Notes: generated by a model from the letters alone, not told the origin. 64,000 nt of DNA from Gammaproteobacteria bacterium (GCA_965277715.1 OZ255836.1:4128001-4192000), one strand, 5' to 3'; shown: positions 9,595 to 19,437, counted from the stretch's first letter. Translations and numbers: made by a program.

Positions 9595-12500
9595 GTGCAG
9601 TTGAGACTTAGCGTGGCGTTACGCTACGGCTTACTATTGGGTTTGTGTGTGGGGTGGCTGCCGTTGGGGGTAGTGGCGGATGCTGTGCGACCGGCTTTGG
9701 TGCCTGCGGGTGAGCAGTTGGCTAGTGGTGAAGGGGCGTTGGATAGTTTGGCTCGGCGTTTGAATACACGCTTGGGCACTGTCCATCACGCGGCCTTCAG
9801 CCCGCAGGGAGATCGCATCGTTACGGCATCGAGTGATAACACTGCGCGGCTGTGGAATGCAGACAATGGCGAACTGATTGTGGTGCTTGAGGGGCATACG
9901 GATTGGGTTAATCACGCGGCTTTCAGCCCGCAGGGAGATCGAATCGTTACGGCATCGGATGATAATACTGCGCGGTTATGGAACGCAGACAATGGCGAAC
10001 TGATTGCGGTGCTTGAGGGGCATACGGGCAGAGTTTATCACGCGGCCTTCAGCCCGCAGGGAGATCGCATCGTTACGGCATCGGGTGATGATACTGCGCG
10101 GCTGTGGAACGCAGACGATGGTGAACTGATCGATGTGCTTAAGGGGCATACGGATTGGGTTAATCACGCGGCTTTCAGTCCACAGGGAGATCGAATCGTT
10201 ACGGCATCGGATGATAATACTGCGCGGTTATGGAACGCAGACAATGGCGAACTGATTGCGGTGCTTGAGGGGCATACGGGCAGAGTTTATCACGCGGCCT
10301 TCAGCCCGCAGGGAGATCGCATCGTTACGGCATCGGGTGATGATACTGCGCGGCTGTGGAACGCAGACGATGGTGAACTGATCGATGTGCTTAAGGGGCA
10401 TACGGATTGGGTTAATCACGCGGCTTTCAGTCCACAGGGAGATCGAATCGTTACGGCATCGGATGATAATACTGCGCGGTTATGGAACGCAGACAATGGC
10501 GAACTGATTGCGGTGCTTGAGGGGCATACGGGCAGAGTTTATCACGCGGCCTTCAGCCCGCAGGGAGATCGCATCGTTACGGCATCGGGTGATGATACTG
10601 CGCGGCTGTGGAACGCAGACGATGGTGAACTGATCGATGTGCTTAAGGGGCATACGGATTGGGTTAATCACGCGGCTTTCAGTCCACAGGGAGATCGAAT
10701 CGTTACGGCATCGGATGATAATACTGCGCGGTTATGGAACGCAGACAATGGCGAACTGATTGCGGTGCTTGAGGGGCATACGGGCAGAGTTTATCACGCG
10801 GCCTTCAGCCCGCAGGGAGATCGCATCGTTACGGCGTCGAGAGATAACACTGCGCGGCTGTGGAACGCGGGCGATGGCGAACTGATCGCGGTGCTTGAGG
10901 GGCATACGGGCAGAGTTTATCACGCGGCTTTCAGCCCGCAGGGAGATCGCATCGTTACGGCATCGAGAGATAACACTGCGCGGCTGTGGAATGCAGACAA
11001 TGGCGAACTGATTGTGGTGCTTGAGGGGCATACGAGTTGGGTTTATCACGCGGCCTTCAGCCCGCAGGGAGATCGCATCGTTACGGCATCGAGAGATAAC
11101 ACTGCGCGGCTGTGGAATGCAGACAATGGCGAACTGATTGTGGTGCTTGAGGGGCATAGGAATAGGTTTTATCACGCGGCCTTCAGCCCGCAGGGAGATC
11201 GCATCGTTACGGTATCGGGTGATGATACTGCGCGGCTGTGGAATGCAGACGATGGTGAACTGATCGATGTGCTTAAGGGGCATACGGATTGGGTTAATCA
11301 CGCGGCTTTCAGTCCACAGGGAGATCGAATCGTTACGGCATCGGGAGATAACACTGCGCGGCTGTGGAATGCAGACAATGGCGAACTGATTGTGGTGCTT
11401 GAGGGGCATAGGAATAGGGTTTCTCACGCGGCCTTCAGCCCGCAGGGAGATCGCATCGTTACGGCATCGGGTGATGATACTGCGCGGCTGTGGAATGCAG
11501 ACAATGGCGAACTGATTGCGGTGCTTGAGGGGCATAGGAATAGGGTTTCTCACGCGGCCTTCAGCCCGCAGGGAGATCGTATCGTTACGGCATCTAGGGG
11601 TAAGACTGTGCGGCTGTGGAGCGCAGACGATGGCGAACTGATCGCGGTGTTTGAGGGGCATACGGATCGGGTTACTCACGCAGCCTTCAGCCCGCAGGGT
11701 AATCGCATTGTCACCGCCTCATTCGATGGCAGTATAAGACTATGGGACACAGATACAGCTAAACCGCTACGGCTTATGGTGGCCACCAGCAACGGCCAAT
11801 GGCTAAACTGCCAGGCGAACGGCCATTGCTTACGCCACGACGATGGCACATTGTTTTGGCCGCCTCTACCTCCCCAGGCCACAGGCGGTAAACTGAGCCT
11901 GGAAAATCTGCCCGAGGCGACAATCGACACCTGTATGTCGCTGCCTTGCGAGCCACGCGACTTTGTTGTCGGGATTCGCAATACCGGCACCGCGCCACTC
12001 TATTGGCTACAAGTGGTCTCGGCAGAAAGCGGCCCTGTCTCACTGTCATTACCCCCACCGCCGTTACCGCCATTGCACCCCGATGATCATGTTGAGCTAA
12101 GCATACGCCTGGCCAGCGTAGCACCCACACAGCAACCCCAGCGCCAAAACACCAGTATAAAATTGGCTATTCGCCACGCCCATGGCGAATTACCAATAGA
12201 CCTGCCAGTAACCGTGCGCACCCCAGAGATTACTCTGCTGGAAGCCAGCCTGACAGAAAACCGCGAAACCATCGCAGTGCAGGTGAGTAACCACGGCGGG
12301 GTTTCACTATCCCAGGCGGTTGCAGAGGCCGCCATCAATGGCCAGGCGATACCCGGTAGCCTTAACCTTCCAGTGCTTCCGGGCAATATGTCGAAACCAC
12401 AACAATTGGCTTTTACGGCGCCCGCAGATTTTAACTACCCGGACGACACTGAGTTCACTTTGCAGTTGCGCAACGCCAACTACCCCCATTATCAGTGGAC

Positions 12501-14217
12501 ACTCAAACACCCGCTCACCCTGCCCTGGCAACTCTATACCTTGCTGGCAGCACTGATTCTGGTGCTTGGCGGGCTGGCCTGGTTTGTCGGTGTGCGCTGG
12601 CATCCACTGGTGCGGCTGGCGGTTAATCAAGGCCCCACCGCGCTGGCACTGCCCCAGCTGGGCCAGGCGCGCCGCTGGCTGCAACGCGCCCGCCTGTGGC
12701 GGGATACCGTGCAGGCGCAAGGGCTGGCAGCGCGCTGGCAAAGCGCCGAGGCGTTTTTGGCCTGCCCTGACCCGGTGCAGCAAATCGAACAACTGGCCGG
12801 GCGTTTACAGGCCGAGGTGTTGCCCGCGAATGAGGCTACCCCCACCTGGCTGGCCACCTTGCGTCTTAACGAAGGCTTTATCCTGCGCTTACCACAGTGC
12901 ACGGTGGCGCTGCCCGGCGCCGATCATTCTATCGACCAGATCACCACTCAGCTACGCCGTTGCGAAGGTGTATGCCTGCTAATCACCACAGACCCGGATC
13001 AACAGGCCGCGCTGCGCGCCGACCGCCAGGCCACCTGGGTGATACCGGACAACCAGGCTTTGGTGCGCCTATGGCTGGCAGCGGCGGATAAGGTTAACGA
13101 TCAACTGGCCTCTATTATCGCCGAGCAGGTCGATACCCGTAGCCTTTCGCCCTGGCGCACTGGTCACGGTATGGAGGATATGACGATGTTTTTTGGCCGC
13201 GACCAGTTACTGCGCGATATCCTCGAACGACCACCGCGTAACTACCTGCTGGTTGGGGCGCGGCAGCTGGGTAAAACCAGTCTGCTGCAAAAACTGCAAC
13301 ATCTCTGCGATCAGCGCGATACATTGCGTGGCTTTAAAATCTCGCTGGGCTCCGGCCATTTTGCCATCGATTTGCAACGCATCGCTGGGCAGTTGGCGTT
13401 GGCGCGCAACGCCTCTTTGCCAGACATTCTCACTGCGTTGGCGCACCCGCCCGCCGGGATCCATCACTGGTTGTTAGTCGACGAGGCCGACGAGCTGGCG
13501 GGCAACCACACCCCGGAAAATGCAGCGGTTTTAGATCAAATGCGCAACCTGAGCGCCGAGGGCCGCTGTCATTTTATCCTCGCCGGGTTTTGGGGCCTGT
13601 ACCGTGAGGCGATACTGGAGTACCAATCAAAACTGAAAAACTTTGGTGACCTGCTGCTGTTGGATGCTCTGGAAGACAAGGCCAGCCGGGCGCTACTCAC
13701 CCGGCCTATGCACGCCTTGCAGATTCACTACCAGGATGACACCCTGGTAACGCGGATTCTGCACGAGACCGGCGGGCGCACTAATTTGCTGGCTATTGTC
13801 GCCGATGACCTGGTGCGCCGACTTGGCAATCAACGCCGGGTGATTACCGATGAAGATATCAGCGAAGTGCTAAACGATGCGGTGTTTCAGGATCGCCTGC
13901 TCGACTGGAAAACACTATCAGGGAATATACTAGATCAAATACTGGTATACGCTAGTATCGACCTCAACCCACTAGAGCAGGGTTTTACCGAGGCTGAATT
14001 ATGGCAACGGTTGGATGAATTGGGAGACGAAGTATCCGATGATGCCGTACAAAATTCGCTGATTCGTTTACGGCTGGGATTTATCATCAAACGCGTTGGT
14101 GGACGTTACTACTATCGCGTGCCCGTGCAAGTACAGCAAATCCTCGACAGCGAACCGGAGCGTGCCTTGCGTAGATTGCTCAATTCTTTAGTCGGTGATA
14201 TATCGAAACAATGTTGA
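9595..14217 (+). CDS. signal peptide + 16 WD40 repeats + beta-rich linker + TM helix + STAND-like AAA ATPase
   Basis: hydrophobic N-term; GH...W repeats; TM LYTLLAALILVLGGLAWFVGV; FFGRD, Walker A GARQLGKT, Walker B WLLVDEAD, TGGRTNLL; GTG start 1 nt after the upstream stop. Confidence 0.88.
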   Translation: MQLRLSVALRYGLLLGLCVGWLPLGVVADAVRPALVPAGEQLASGEGALDSLARRLNTRLGTVHHAAFSPQGDRIVTASSDNTARLWNADNGELIVVLEGHTDWVNHAAFSPQGDRIVTASDDNTARLWNADNGELIAVLEGHTGRVYHAAFSPQGDRIVTASGDDTARLWNADDGELIDVLKGHTDWVNHAAFSPQGDRIVTASDDNTARLWNADNGELIAVLEGHTGRVYHAAFSPQGDRIVTASGDDTARLWNADDGELIDVLKGHTDWVNHAAFSPQGDRIVTASDDNTARLWNADNGELIAVLEGHTGRVYHAAFSPQGDRIVTASGDDTARLWNADDGELIDVLKGHTDWVNHAAFSPQGDRIVTASDDNTARLWNADNGELIAVLEGHTGRVYHAAFSPQGDRIVTASRDNTARLWNAGDGELIAVLEGHTGRVYHAAFSPQGDRIVTASRDNTARLWNADNGELIVVLEGHTSWVYHAAFSPQGDRIVTASRDNTARLWNADNGELIVVLEGHRNRFYHAAFSPQGDRIVTVSGDDTARLWNADDGELIDVLKGHTDWVNHAAFSPQGDRIVTASGDNTARLWNADNGELIVVLEGHRNRVSHAAFSPQGDRIVTASGDDTARLWNADNGELIAVLEGHRNRVSHAAFSPQGDRIVTASRGKTVRLWSADDGELIAVFEGHTDRVTHAAFSPQGNRIVTASFDGSIRLWDTDTAKPLRLMVATSNGQWLNCQANGHCLRHDDGTLFWPPLPPQATGGKLSLENLPEATIDTCMSLPCEPRDFVVGIRNTGTAPLYWLQVVSAESGPVSLSLPPPPLPPLHPDDHVELSIRLASVAPTQQPQRQNTSIKLAIRHAHGELPIDLPVTVRTPEITLLEASLTENRETIAVQVSNHGGVSLSQAVAEAAINGQAIPGSLNLPVLPGNMSKPQQLAFTAPADFNYPDDTEFTLQLRNANYPHYQWTLKHPLTLPWQLYTLLAALILVLGGLAWFVGVRWHPLVRLAVNQGPTALALPQLGQARRWLQRARLWRDTVQAQGLAARWQSAEAFLACPDPVQQIEQLAGRLQAEVLPANEATPTWLATLRLNEGFILRLPQCTVALPGADHSIDQITTQLRRCEGVCLLITTDPDQQAALRADRQATWVIPDNQALVRLWLAAADKVNDQLASIIAEQVDTRSLSPWRTGHGMEDMTMFFGRDQLLRDILERPPRNYLLVGARQLGKTSLLQKLQHLCDQRDTLRGFKISLGSGHFAIDLQRIAGQLALARNASLPDILTALAHPPAGIHHWLLVDEADELAGNHTPENAAVLDQMRNLSAEGRCHFILAGFWGLYREAILEYQSKLKNFGDLLLLDALEDKASRALLTRPMHALQIHYQDDTLVTRILHETGGRTNLLAIVADDLVRRLGNQRRVITDEDISEVLNDAVFQDRLLDWKTLSGNILDQILVYASIDLNPLEQGFTEAELWQRLDELGDEVSDDAVQNSLIRLRLGFIIKRVGGRYYYRVPVQVQQILDSEPERALRRLLNSLVGDISKQC
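9787..11750 (+). repeat. 16 x 126-bp highly conserved intragenic WD40 repeats with a 252-bp higher-order unit
   Basis: HAAFSPQG codons at 9787 and 11677 (15 x 126 apart); repeats 2-8 alternate DWVN/SDDN and GRVY/SGDD almost identically at DNA level. Confidence 0.95.
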
Positions 14218-14339
14218 GGAGCGCATAACGGTAGACTGTAAGCGCCCTTAAATCAGCCTCTATTCCAAGGTAATGTCCAAAACGACATTCCAAGGTAGCA
14301 AGGCCTCTATCTTTTCAAGGAAAAAAAAAGAAAAAAAAA

Positions 14340-14440
14340 GGGGTCAAGGCAGTTATTTCCTATATTTCTTGCTGGAAATCACTGTTTTTATCCGTATTAG
14401 TCGTTGTATGGTGAATAATAAGCCTGACCCCCTTGCTTTT
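14340..14440. mobile_element. GGGGTC element copy 1 (non-autonomous, MITE/REP-like)
   Basis: GGGGTCAAGGC...AAGCCTGACCCC (92 bp) plus CTTGCTTTT; imperfect terminal inverted repeats; 2 mismatches vs copy 2. Confidence 0.85.
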
Positions 14441-14514
14441 AGGCTACGCAAAATTAGCCACAGCAGAAATACAATACCAGCGAGCTGGATGGTTATACCG
14501 AGAACAGCATTCAT
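14353..14514 (-). pseudogene. 5' fragment of a small membrane-protein gene running into the GGGGTC element
   Basis: GGAGA RBS then MNAVLGITIQLAGIVFLLWLILRSLK; the remainder of the 53-aa frame is encoded by the element. Confidence 0.5.
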
Positions 14515-14818
14515 AAGGGGTTTCTCCAGATTACGCCGGGGGAACCTCCTTCCCTGCCGGGAAGAAAAACCCCGGCAGGGTGGTTAAAACAAAATAAAAA
14601 CAAAAAATAATGGGCTGCTTCTTTTGAGAGACCAGCTATCTCTTAGGGCATACCTATCGGCAACGCCCTGACACTGACCGGGGTCAGCAATAAGTAGAAA
14701 CCAAGATAGCGTGTCCTGCTAGAACGGGCAGTGAAGAAGATGGCAGTTTTTAACACCTATCGCACCGCCACAAAAATACACTGGTACTACCCTGATATTT
14801 TTATCTGGTGGCAATGTT

Positions 14819-15403
14819 ATGGCATCTAAAACCCCCTATTCTCGTCCAACCTTTGAACAATCTTTTACGCTGCACAGCCTTCAGGCCCAGCGGGTGGTGC
14901 AACGGGTGCTGAGGCGTACCGTACACGCCTTATACGGCATTGAAGTAATTTTACGGATTATTGGGGATGAAAAAGCCATTGACGAAGTGGACGGCATTAT
15001 CCGGGACGCGGTAACTCATGCCGCCAGCGAACTGGAGCAGGAACAAAGCCGACTGAATCTTTTAATGGAAGAAAACGGCATTGATGAGACGCCAAACTAT
15101 ACCCACCCGTACACCTTTACGGCCAAAATCAGTTCGCCGCAAATCGGTCAGTTTATAGGACTGATACGCAAACTGGATGCCGTGATGATTGCCCGTGATA
15201 CGCTTTGGTTAACCGGGGTTATCAGCAATCAACAGAGGGCAGATGGGAATTTTGATGGGCAGCAAAAACTTACCCTGCTGGCACGGCATATTATTGATAT
15301 TGAAACGCGAGCAAGGCAATCGGCGAATAGCCAAGGTAAGCAGGAAGAAGTGGAGGCGGTGGTGCCGGTGATGGAGGAAGTACTGGAAGCTGAAGAAGAT
15401 TGA
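14819..15403 (+). CDS. AcaB/DUF1845-family regulator of conjugative elements
   Basis: YSRP...SLQAQRV...VILRIIG...LMEENGI...SPQ..QF..LIRKLD...DTLWL closely resembles the IncC plasmid protein as I recall it. Confidence 0.7.
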   Translation: MASKTPYSRPTFEQSFTLHSLQAQRVVQRVLRRTVHALYGIEVILRIIGDEKAIDEVDGIIRDAVTHAASELEQEQSRLNLLMEENGIDETPNYTHPYTFTAKISSPQIGQFIGLIRKLDAVMIARDTLWLTGVISNQQRADGNFDGQQKLTLLARHIIDIETRARQSANSQGKQEEVEAVVPVMEEVLEAEED

Positions 15404-15568
15404 GAAGATTAAATAACCACCAACTAAAGTCGGTAAGTCCAATATTGGCTAAGCCGCCATCAGACTTCACATGTCCAATTAACTATCCAGTGGTTGACCT
15501 GCATTACCGGAAGGGACTCTCATCTATTGGAGATTTTGACTTGATTGCATACCCATTTATTTGATCGA

Positions 15569-16714
15569 TTATTCAGCGGTACAGCTAATCGTTTTGTTAG
15601 TCCACGGAGCACCATTCCAAGAATCTTCGACTCCTGGAGAAACTCGGCTTAATAGTTCATCAGATACTTCGCCGTCTCCACCACATTGCTCAAAACTAGT
15701 CTGCACACCATGTACGAATAGGCTTGCAGAATCTCCACAAAGCACTGGCTTATCAATTGATGTCAGCACTGAGCTAGAGAGAAGTACTAACCTGTACACA
15801 GGGTTCAGATAGGCATCGAAACCTGGAATGATATACTGTCCAGCTGGCAATTGAGCAAAGCGTCGAAAACCGGTAAGGGTTTGAAACGCTATCATGTCAG
15901 AAGCAGCCCGCTGTGCAAATGTTTCTAATACACCGTCATCCTCCCAATCTGTAATTGGGTTTGAATGAAGCGCTTCGACTTGACGGGCAGCACATCTGTC
16001 CGCATTGATTTCATTCGGGTTTGGATTGGATGCACAAAACAAATCGTTCGAGGTTTGGAGAGCCAGGATGTGTTGAAACAAGCCAGACGTTTCCATACGC
16101 GACTTTGTGCTTACGGGGCACTTTTCGTTGTTAATGTGATACGTCTCATGACCCACCAGTGAGGCCAGATTGAACGCCATTATGCGATTTTGAATAACTG
16201 CTATTCTGCGTAGATTAGCTGAAACATTGTTCTGCTCAATGCCTTGAAATTGATTGTCAATGAACGTGCGAAGTGGCTCTTGCATCGCCGCAACGTTATC
16301 TGCATGAACGGTCTCGTCTGCATATCCGAACGCCAGTTTGACAGGACGGTCAAACGCAATTCGAAATGACTCATAGTCTGGGTAAGCGCCTTGAACAAAT
16401 TGTATTGCATACCAGCTTGCTACCATGTTCATTCGCTGGAAGGCTGATTGGCGACAGAACATCTTCCCAGGTATTGCTGCGCAAACTGTATCAGGCATGC
16501 TGTCATTGCAAACTGCTCTTCGGATTTTCAAATCCAGTTTTTCACTACCACCTTTTAGAATCGAAGTTAATTGAATCATACTTATGTGTTGCCAATTCGA
16601 CCCGCCAAATGTTTCCTCGTGACAGATTGAAAGTTCAATCTCTGCATTTACCCGTTGAACTGACAATATTTGCACAATCGCAACAAAAAGCAGAATTGCT
16701 CTTGAGCTAATCAT
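15569..16714 (-). CDS. exported Cys-rich HEXXH metallopeptidase-like protein (M48-like)
   Basis: signal peptide MISSRAILLFVAIVQILSVQRVNA; LVGHETYH followed by NEINAD; ATGA overlap with the upstream gene. Confidence 0.6.
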   Translation of the reverse strand: MISSRAILLFVAIVQILSVQRVNAEIELSICHEETFGGSNWQHISMIQLTSILKGGSEKLDLKIRRAVCNDSMPDTVCAAIPGKMFCRQSAFQRMNMVASWYAIQFVQGAYPDYESFRIAFDRPVKLAFGYADETVHADNVAAMQEPLRTFIDNQFQGIEQNNVSANLRRIAVIQNRIMAFNLASLVGHETYHINNEKCPVSTKSRMETSGLFQHILALQTSNDLFCASNPNPNEINADRCAARQVEALHSNPITDWEDDGVLETFAQRAASDMIAFQTLTGFRRFAQLPAGQYIIPGFDAYLNPVYRLVLLSSSVLTSIDKPVLCGDSASLFVHGVQTSFEQCGGDGEVSDELLSRVSPGVEDSWNGAPWTNKTISCTAE

Positions 16715-17082
16715 TTCAGTGCACCAATTAATGTGTCGAGTACCCCCTCGCAATTACCAACATGTATCTGGACGGCGCTTGTCAGCCCCTGTAAGTCTTG
16801 ATTTGGCAATTGGCTTAAGCTTTTTGTTCGTTTTAAGCTGGTCAGACAGTTTTCAACCGGGCCGACTTGTAAGCTTGCCAATTTGCTTACTCTTTCTCCA
16901 CCTGGAGGAAATGCAACAGCAAGAGTCACCCCAGCAGTTAAAAACGCCGATAGAATTGTCCATACATAGGTTCGCTTCTTCCACTTGTCCTCAAGGGCCA
17001 GCTTCAGTTTCTCCAACTCAAATTTGGCATTTTCTAAGTCAGGTTGATTGTCCATCAGCTTAAGGTTCTTAGGTCTGACCAC
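16711..17082 (-). CDS. small single-TM hypothetical protein with N-terminal coiled coil
   Basis: LENAKFELEKLKLALEDKWKK then VWTILSAFLTAGVTLAVAF; overlaps both neighbours. Confidence 0.6.
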   Translation of the reverse strand: MVRPKNLKLMDNQPDLENAKFELEKLKLALEDKWKKRTYVWTILSAFLTAGVTLAVAFPPGGERVSKLASLQVGPVENCLTSLKRTKSLSQLPNQDLQGLTSAVQIHVGNCEGVLDTLIGALK

Positions 17083-17614
17083 ATTTTAGTGCCGCATCCA
17101 GGTTATCCTGCAAACCTGCTATATCCCAGGTTTCCAGCAAATCTCTAATAAGAGTAGGATCAAGCTCTGTGCCATCTTTTTTTAGGTAATACACCGACGT
17201 ACGAGCACGTTCACGATTGATATCCACCTTATAAGTTAATTCAAAAACTCCTTCGATATTATCACCGGTTGCGTGAAAAAAAATACTGCCAAGGGTTTTC
17301 TCGCGCCTCGGCAAAACCAAACCCTTCAAATTCGTCCAGGCCACAAAAACGCTTTCTATTTTGTCTGTACAGTCAGCCAACTTTGGGATAAAACGGTTTT
17401 GAAAATAGGATGTCTGATCAAAGCCACCGCCGATACCTGGATCTTCAGGATCAGGTGCTGCGTCCAGTGATGAGACCGCCCCGATACTTGTCAACGCAGT
17501 TTTTGAGGTATTATCAGCAAGTGCAAGACCTACATTGGCAAGTAAGCTGATAGTCAACACGACCAGAAGACAAGGAATGTTCAACATAGATATTTTTTCA
17601 ATTCGTTTGAACAA
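17069..17614 (-). CDS. exported hypothetical protein
   Basis: hydrophobic signal LLVVLTISLLANVGLALA; first gene of a 3-gene run; start may be MLNIP. Confidence 0.6.
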   Translation of the reverse strand: MFKRIEKISMLNIPCLLVVLTISLLANVGLALADNTSKTALTSIGAVSSLDAAPDPEDPGIGGGFDQTSYFQNRFIPKLADCTDKIESVFVAWTNLKGLVLPRREKTLGSIFFHATGDNIEGVFELTYKVDINRERARTSVYYLKKDGTELDPTLIRDLLETWDIAGLQDNLDAALKCGQT

Positions 17615-18000
17615 CTAATTATAACTTAACTATTTTGTTTCTGTAGGCCCAAATTATTAACATGTGTTGTAAAAACCAAAGTTCGGTAGACGGTAAGTAT
17701 ACAGTTGTATTTAACCCTAATTCTTAGATAGGAACGTTTAAAGGTTATTGGGAAATGCTTTAATGGCCTGTGACGATTTGGTTTGCTATATTGTGTATAA
17801 ATATACTTTTAGCTTTGCTATACCATCAAAATTAAATTGTTTACTCAACAATATGGTTCCCGATGTGCTCGTACTTCAGGTGTGGCTGACCAAGCATGGA
17901 AAAATAAATATGCAAAGAGTTTACAGCAACAAGTGATTGTTTTCATTCAATTACGAGGCGAGCCATATGTTAATCATTTGCGTTTTGAAGGCTGAAAGTT

Positions 18001-18411
18001 GTGACTGATTTCTTGTTTAAGCACAGCACCACGGTTGGCCAGCCCGGCTATTTTTTGCATGGTTTGTTATTAGACGGAAACCCCACATTCAGTGAAGGCG
18101 TGTACAGGCTTAACCATTGGGCCGTGCGCTTAGGCCGCGATGCGCATTCAGATGAAGCCCGCATGGCTTCTTTGCACGAAATGTATCATGCGACATTGAA
18201 CGACAGTACTGCATACGGAACGTTAATGCATGTGGTGGGATTATTTTGCCGCACCTATCCAGAAGAGAACCAATGGCCGAATCTTTTGCAGGCGCTTATC
18301 GACTCAGCGTTGCGCTGCCATGAAACCTATGCAACCTACGCGTCTGTATTTGTTGTTGGTAAAGGCTCGCCGAACAGAGCTGTGCTCGAACAGTATCCTG
18401 AAAGTCATTAA
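18001..18411 (+). pseudogene. 3'-truncated HEXXH metallopeptidase-like gene
   Basis: SLHEMYH...CHETYAT; the stop codon abuts GGGGTC element copy 2. Confidence 0.55.
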
Positions 18412-18413
18412 AA

Positions 18414-18514
18414 GGGGTCAAGACAGTTATTTCCTATATTTCTTGCTGGAAACCACTGTTTTTATCCGTATTAGTCGTTGTATGGTGAATAATAAGCCTG
18501 ACCCCCTTGCTTTT
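18414..18514. mobile_element. GGGGTC element copy 2
   Basis: GGGGTCAAGAC...AAGCCTGACCCC CTTGCTTTT, near-identical to 14340-14440. Confidence 0.85.
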
Positions 18515-18736
18515 CAAATTATGCGGGCGCATGCGAATCTCACTGGTGCAGATGCTGATGGTTGGCTGACATCTCGTCAGGTTGCTGGATATCATCATGA
18601 CGTATTTGCAACATATGGATTACCTGCCAGGACTTTTGGTGGAACGCCAATAACAAGCGCTTTGTGGGAGTCAAACATTAATTTTGGAGGTTTTTTGGGC
18701 TACCGATATTGGTGTGATGGATGTGCTTCTCAATGA
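18515..18736 (+). pseudogene. orphan polymorphic-toxin (Rhs-type) C-terminal tip fragment
   Basis: begins at the element boundary; MRAH...YHHDVF..YGLPARTFGGTP...WCDGC resembles Rhs C-termini as I recall them; ATGA-coupled to the next gene. Confidence 0.5.
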
Positions 18737-19437
18737 ATGGGCGTAGTTTACTGATTAGTTGTTTTTTTGTATTGCTTACAGCTATTTCGGTTGGCACGTA
18801 TGCTTTTGACGTAGAAGAAATGAAACTGACACTTGGTGAGCACCAATTAAGTATTCCAAAAAGCAATATTATTGATCCCAATGTACCGTTCTGGCTGCGT
18901 TTAATTCCGGGTTTAGCTCCCAGCACTGGAGAGATTCTGCTCTTGATAGATGCAGAAGATATTGCTAATCAGGTCGAGGGGTATCAAGCGTATGATGGCG
19001 AGTTAAAAAACAATATACATTTGCGTATATCAGTGCTTGATGTGAACGCGTTAAATCAAATTTTAGACCCTCAAATGCATGTCTATAGCGATGCTTGGTA
19101 TGGGCGGGGATTATTGGAAGGTCGTACTATAGAGCTGCATGAGAAGTCTAGATTTTATAAGCTGTACAGAGGAGATGACACATTTTGGACAGCTGTAAAA
19201 ATTTCACCTGATGCTTCTCAGCCTATACCTGACGATCCTTTTGCTTTTTGGGTTGCAAGTTGTCATAAAGGAGAAGCTCCATTGACGAAATCAGGCTTTA
19301 TAACAAGTTGTCTCACCAAGATGGTATATGACAATCTTCTTTTGGATTTTAGTTTAAATGGAATAAATTTAGGTGTAGTAGATGGTGTGAAGACTATGCT
19401 GTCTCGCCAGCTTTTATTATGGAAAAATCAGAAATAA
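18733..19437 (+). CDS. exported hypothetical protein, probable immunity protein
   Basis: signal peptide, AT-rich, translationally coupled to the toxin-tip fragment. Confidence 0.6.
   Translation: MNGRSLLISCFFVLLTAISVGTYAFDVEEMKLTLGEHQLSIPKSNIIDPNVPFWLRLIPGLAPSTGEILLLIDAEDIANQVEGYQAYDGELKNNIHLRISVLDVNALNQILDPQMHVYSDAWYGRGLLEGRTIELHEKSRFYKLYRGDDTFWTAVKISPDASQPIPDDPFAFWVASCHKGEAPLTKSGFITSCLTKMVYDNLLLDFSLNGINLGVVDGVKTMLSRQLLLWKNQK

Noticed and set aside
9634-11679. Repetitive minus-strand ORFs (MINPIRMPLKH...)
   Set aside because: Antisense shadows of the WD40 repeats.
9787-11750. Diversity-generating retroelement acting on the WD40 repeats
   Set aside because: No reverse transcriptase or separate template repeat in the window, and the differences are not adenine-specific.
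14273-14587. 104-aa ORF sharing a peptide with ORF 18230-18736
   Set aside because: The shared stretch is the translated GGGGTC element; both ORFs are chimeric read-throughs.
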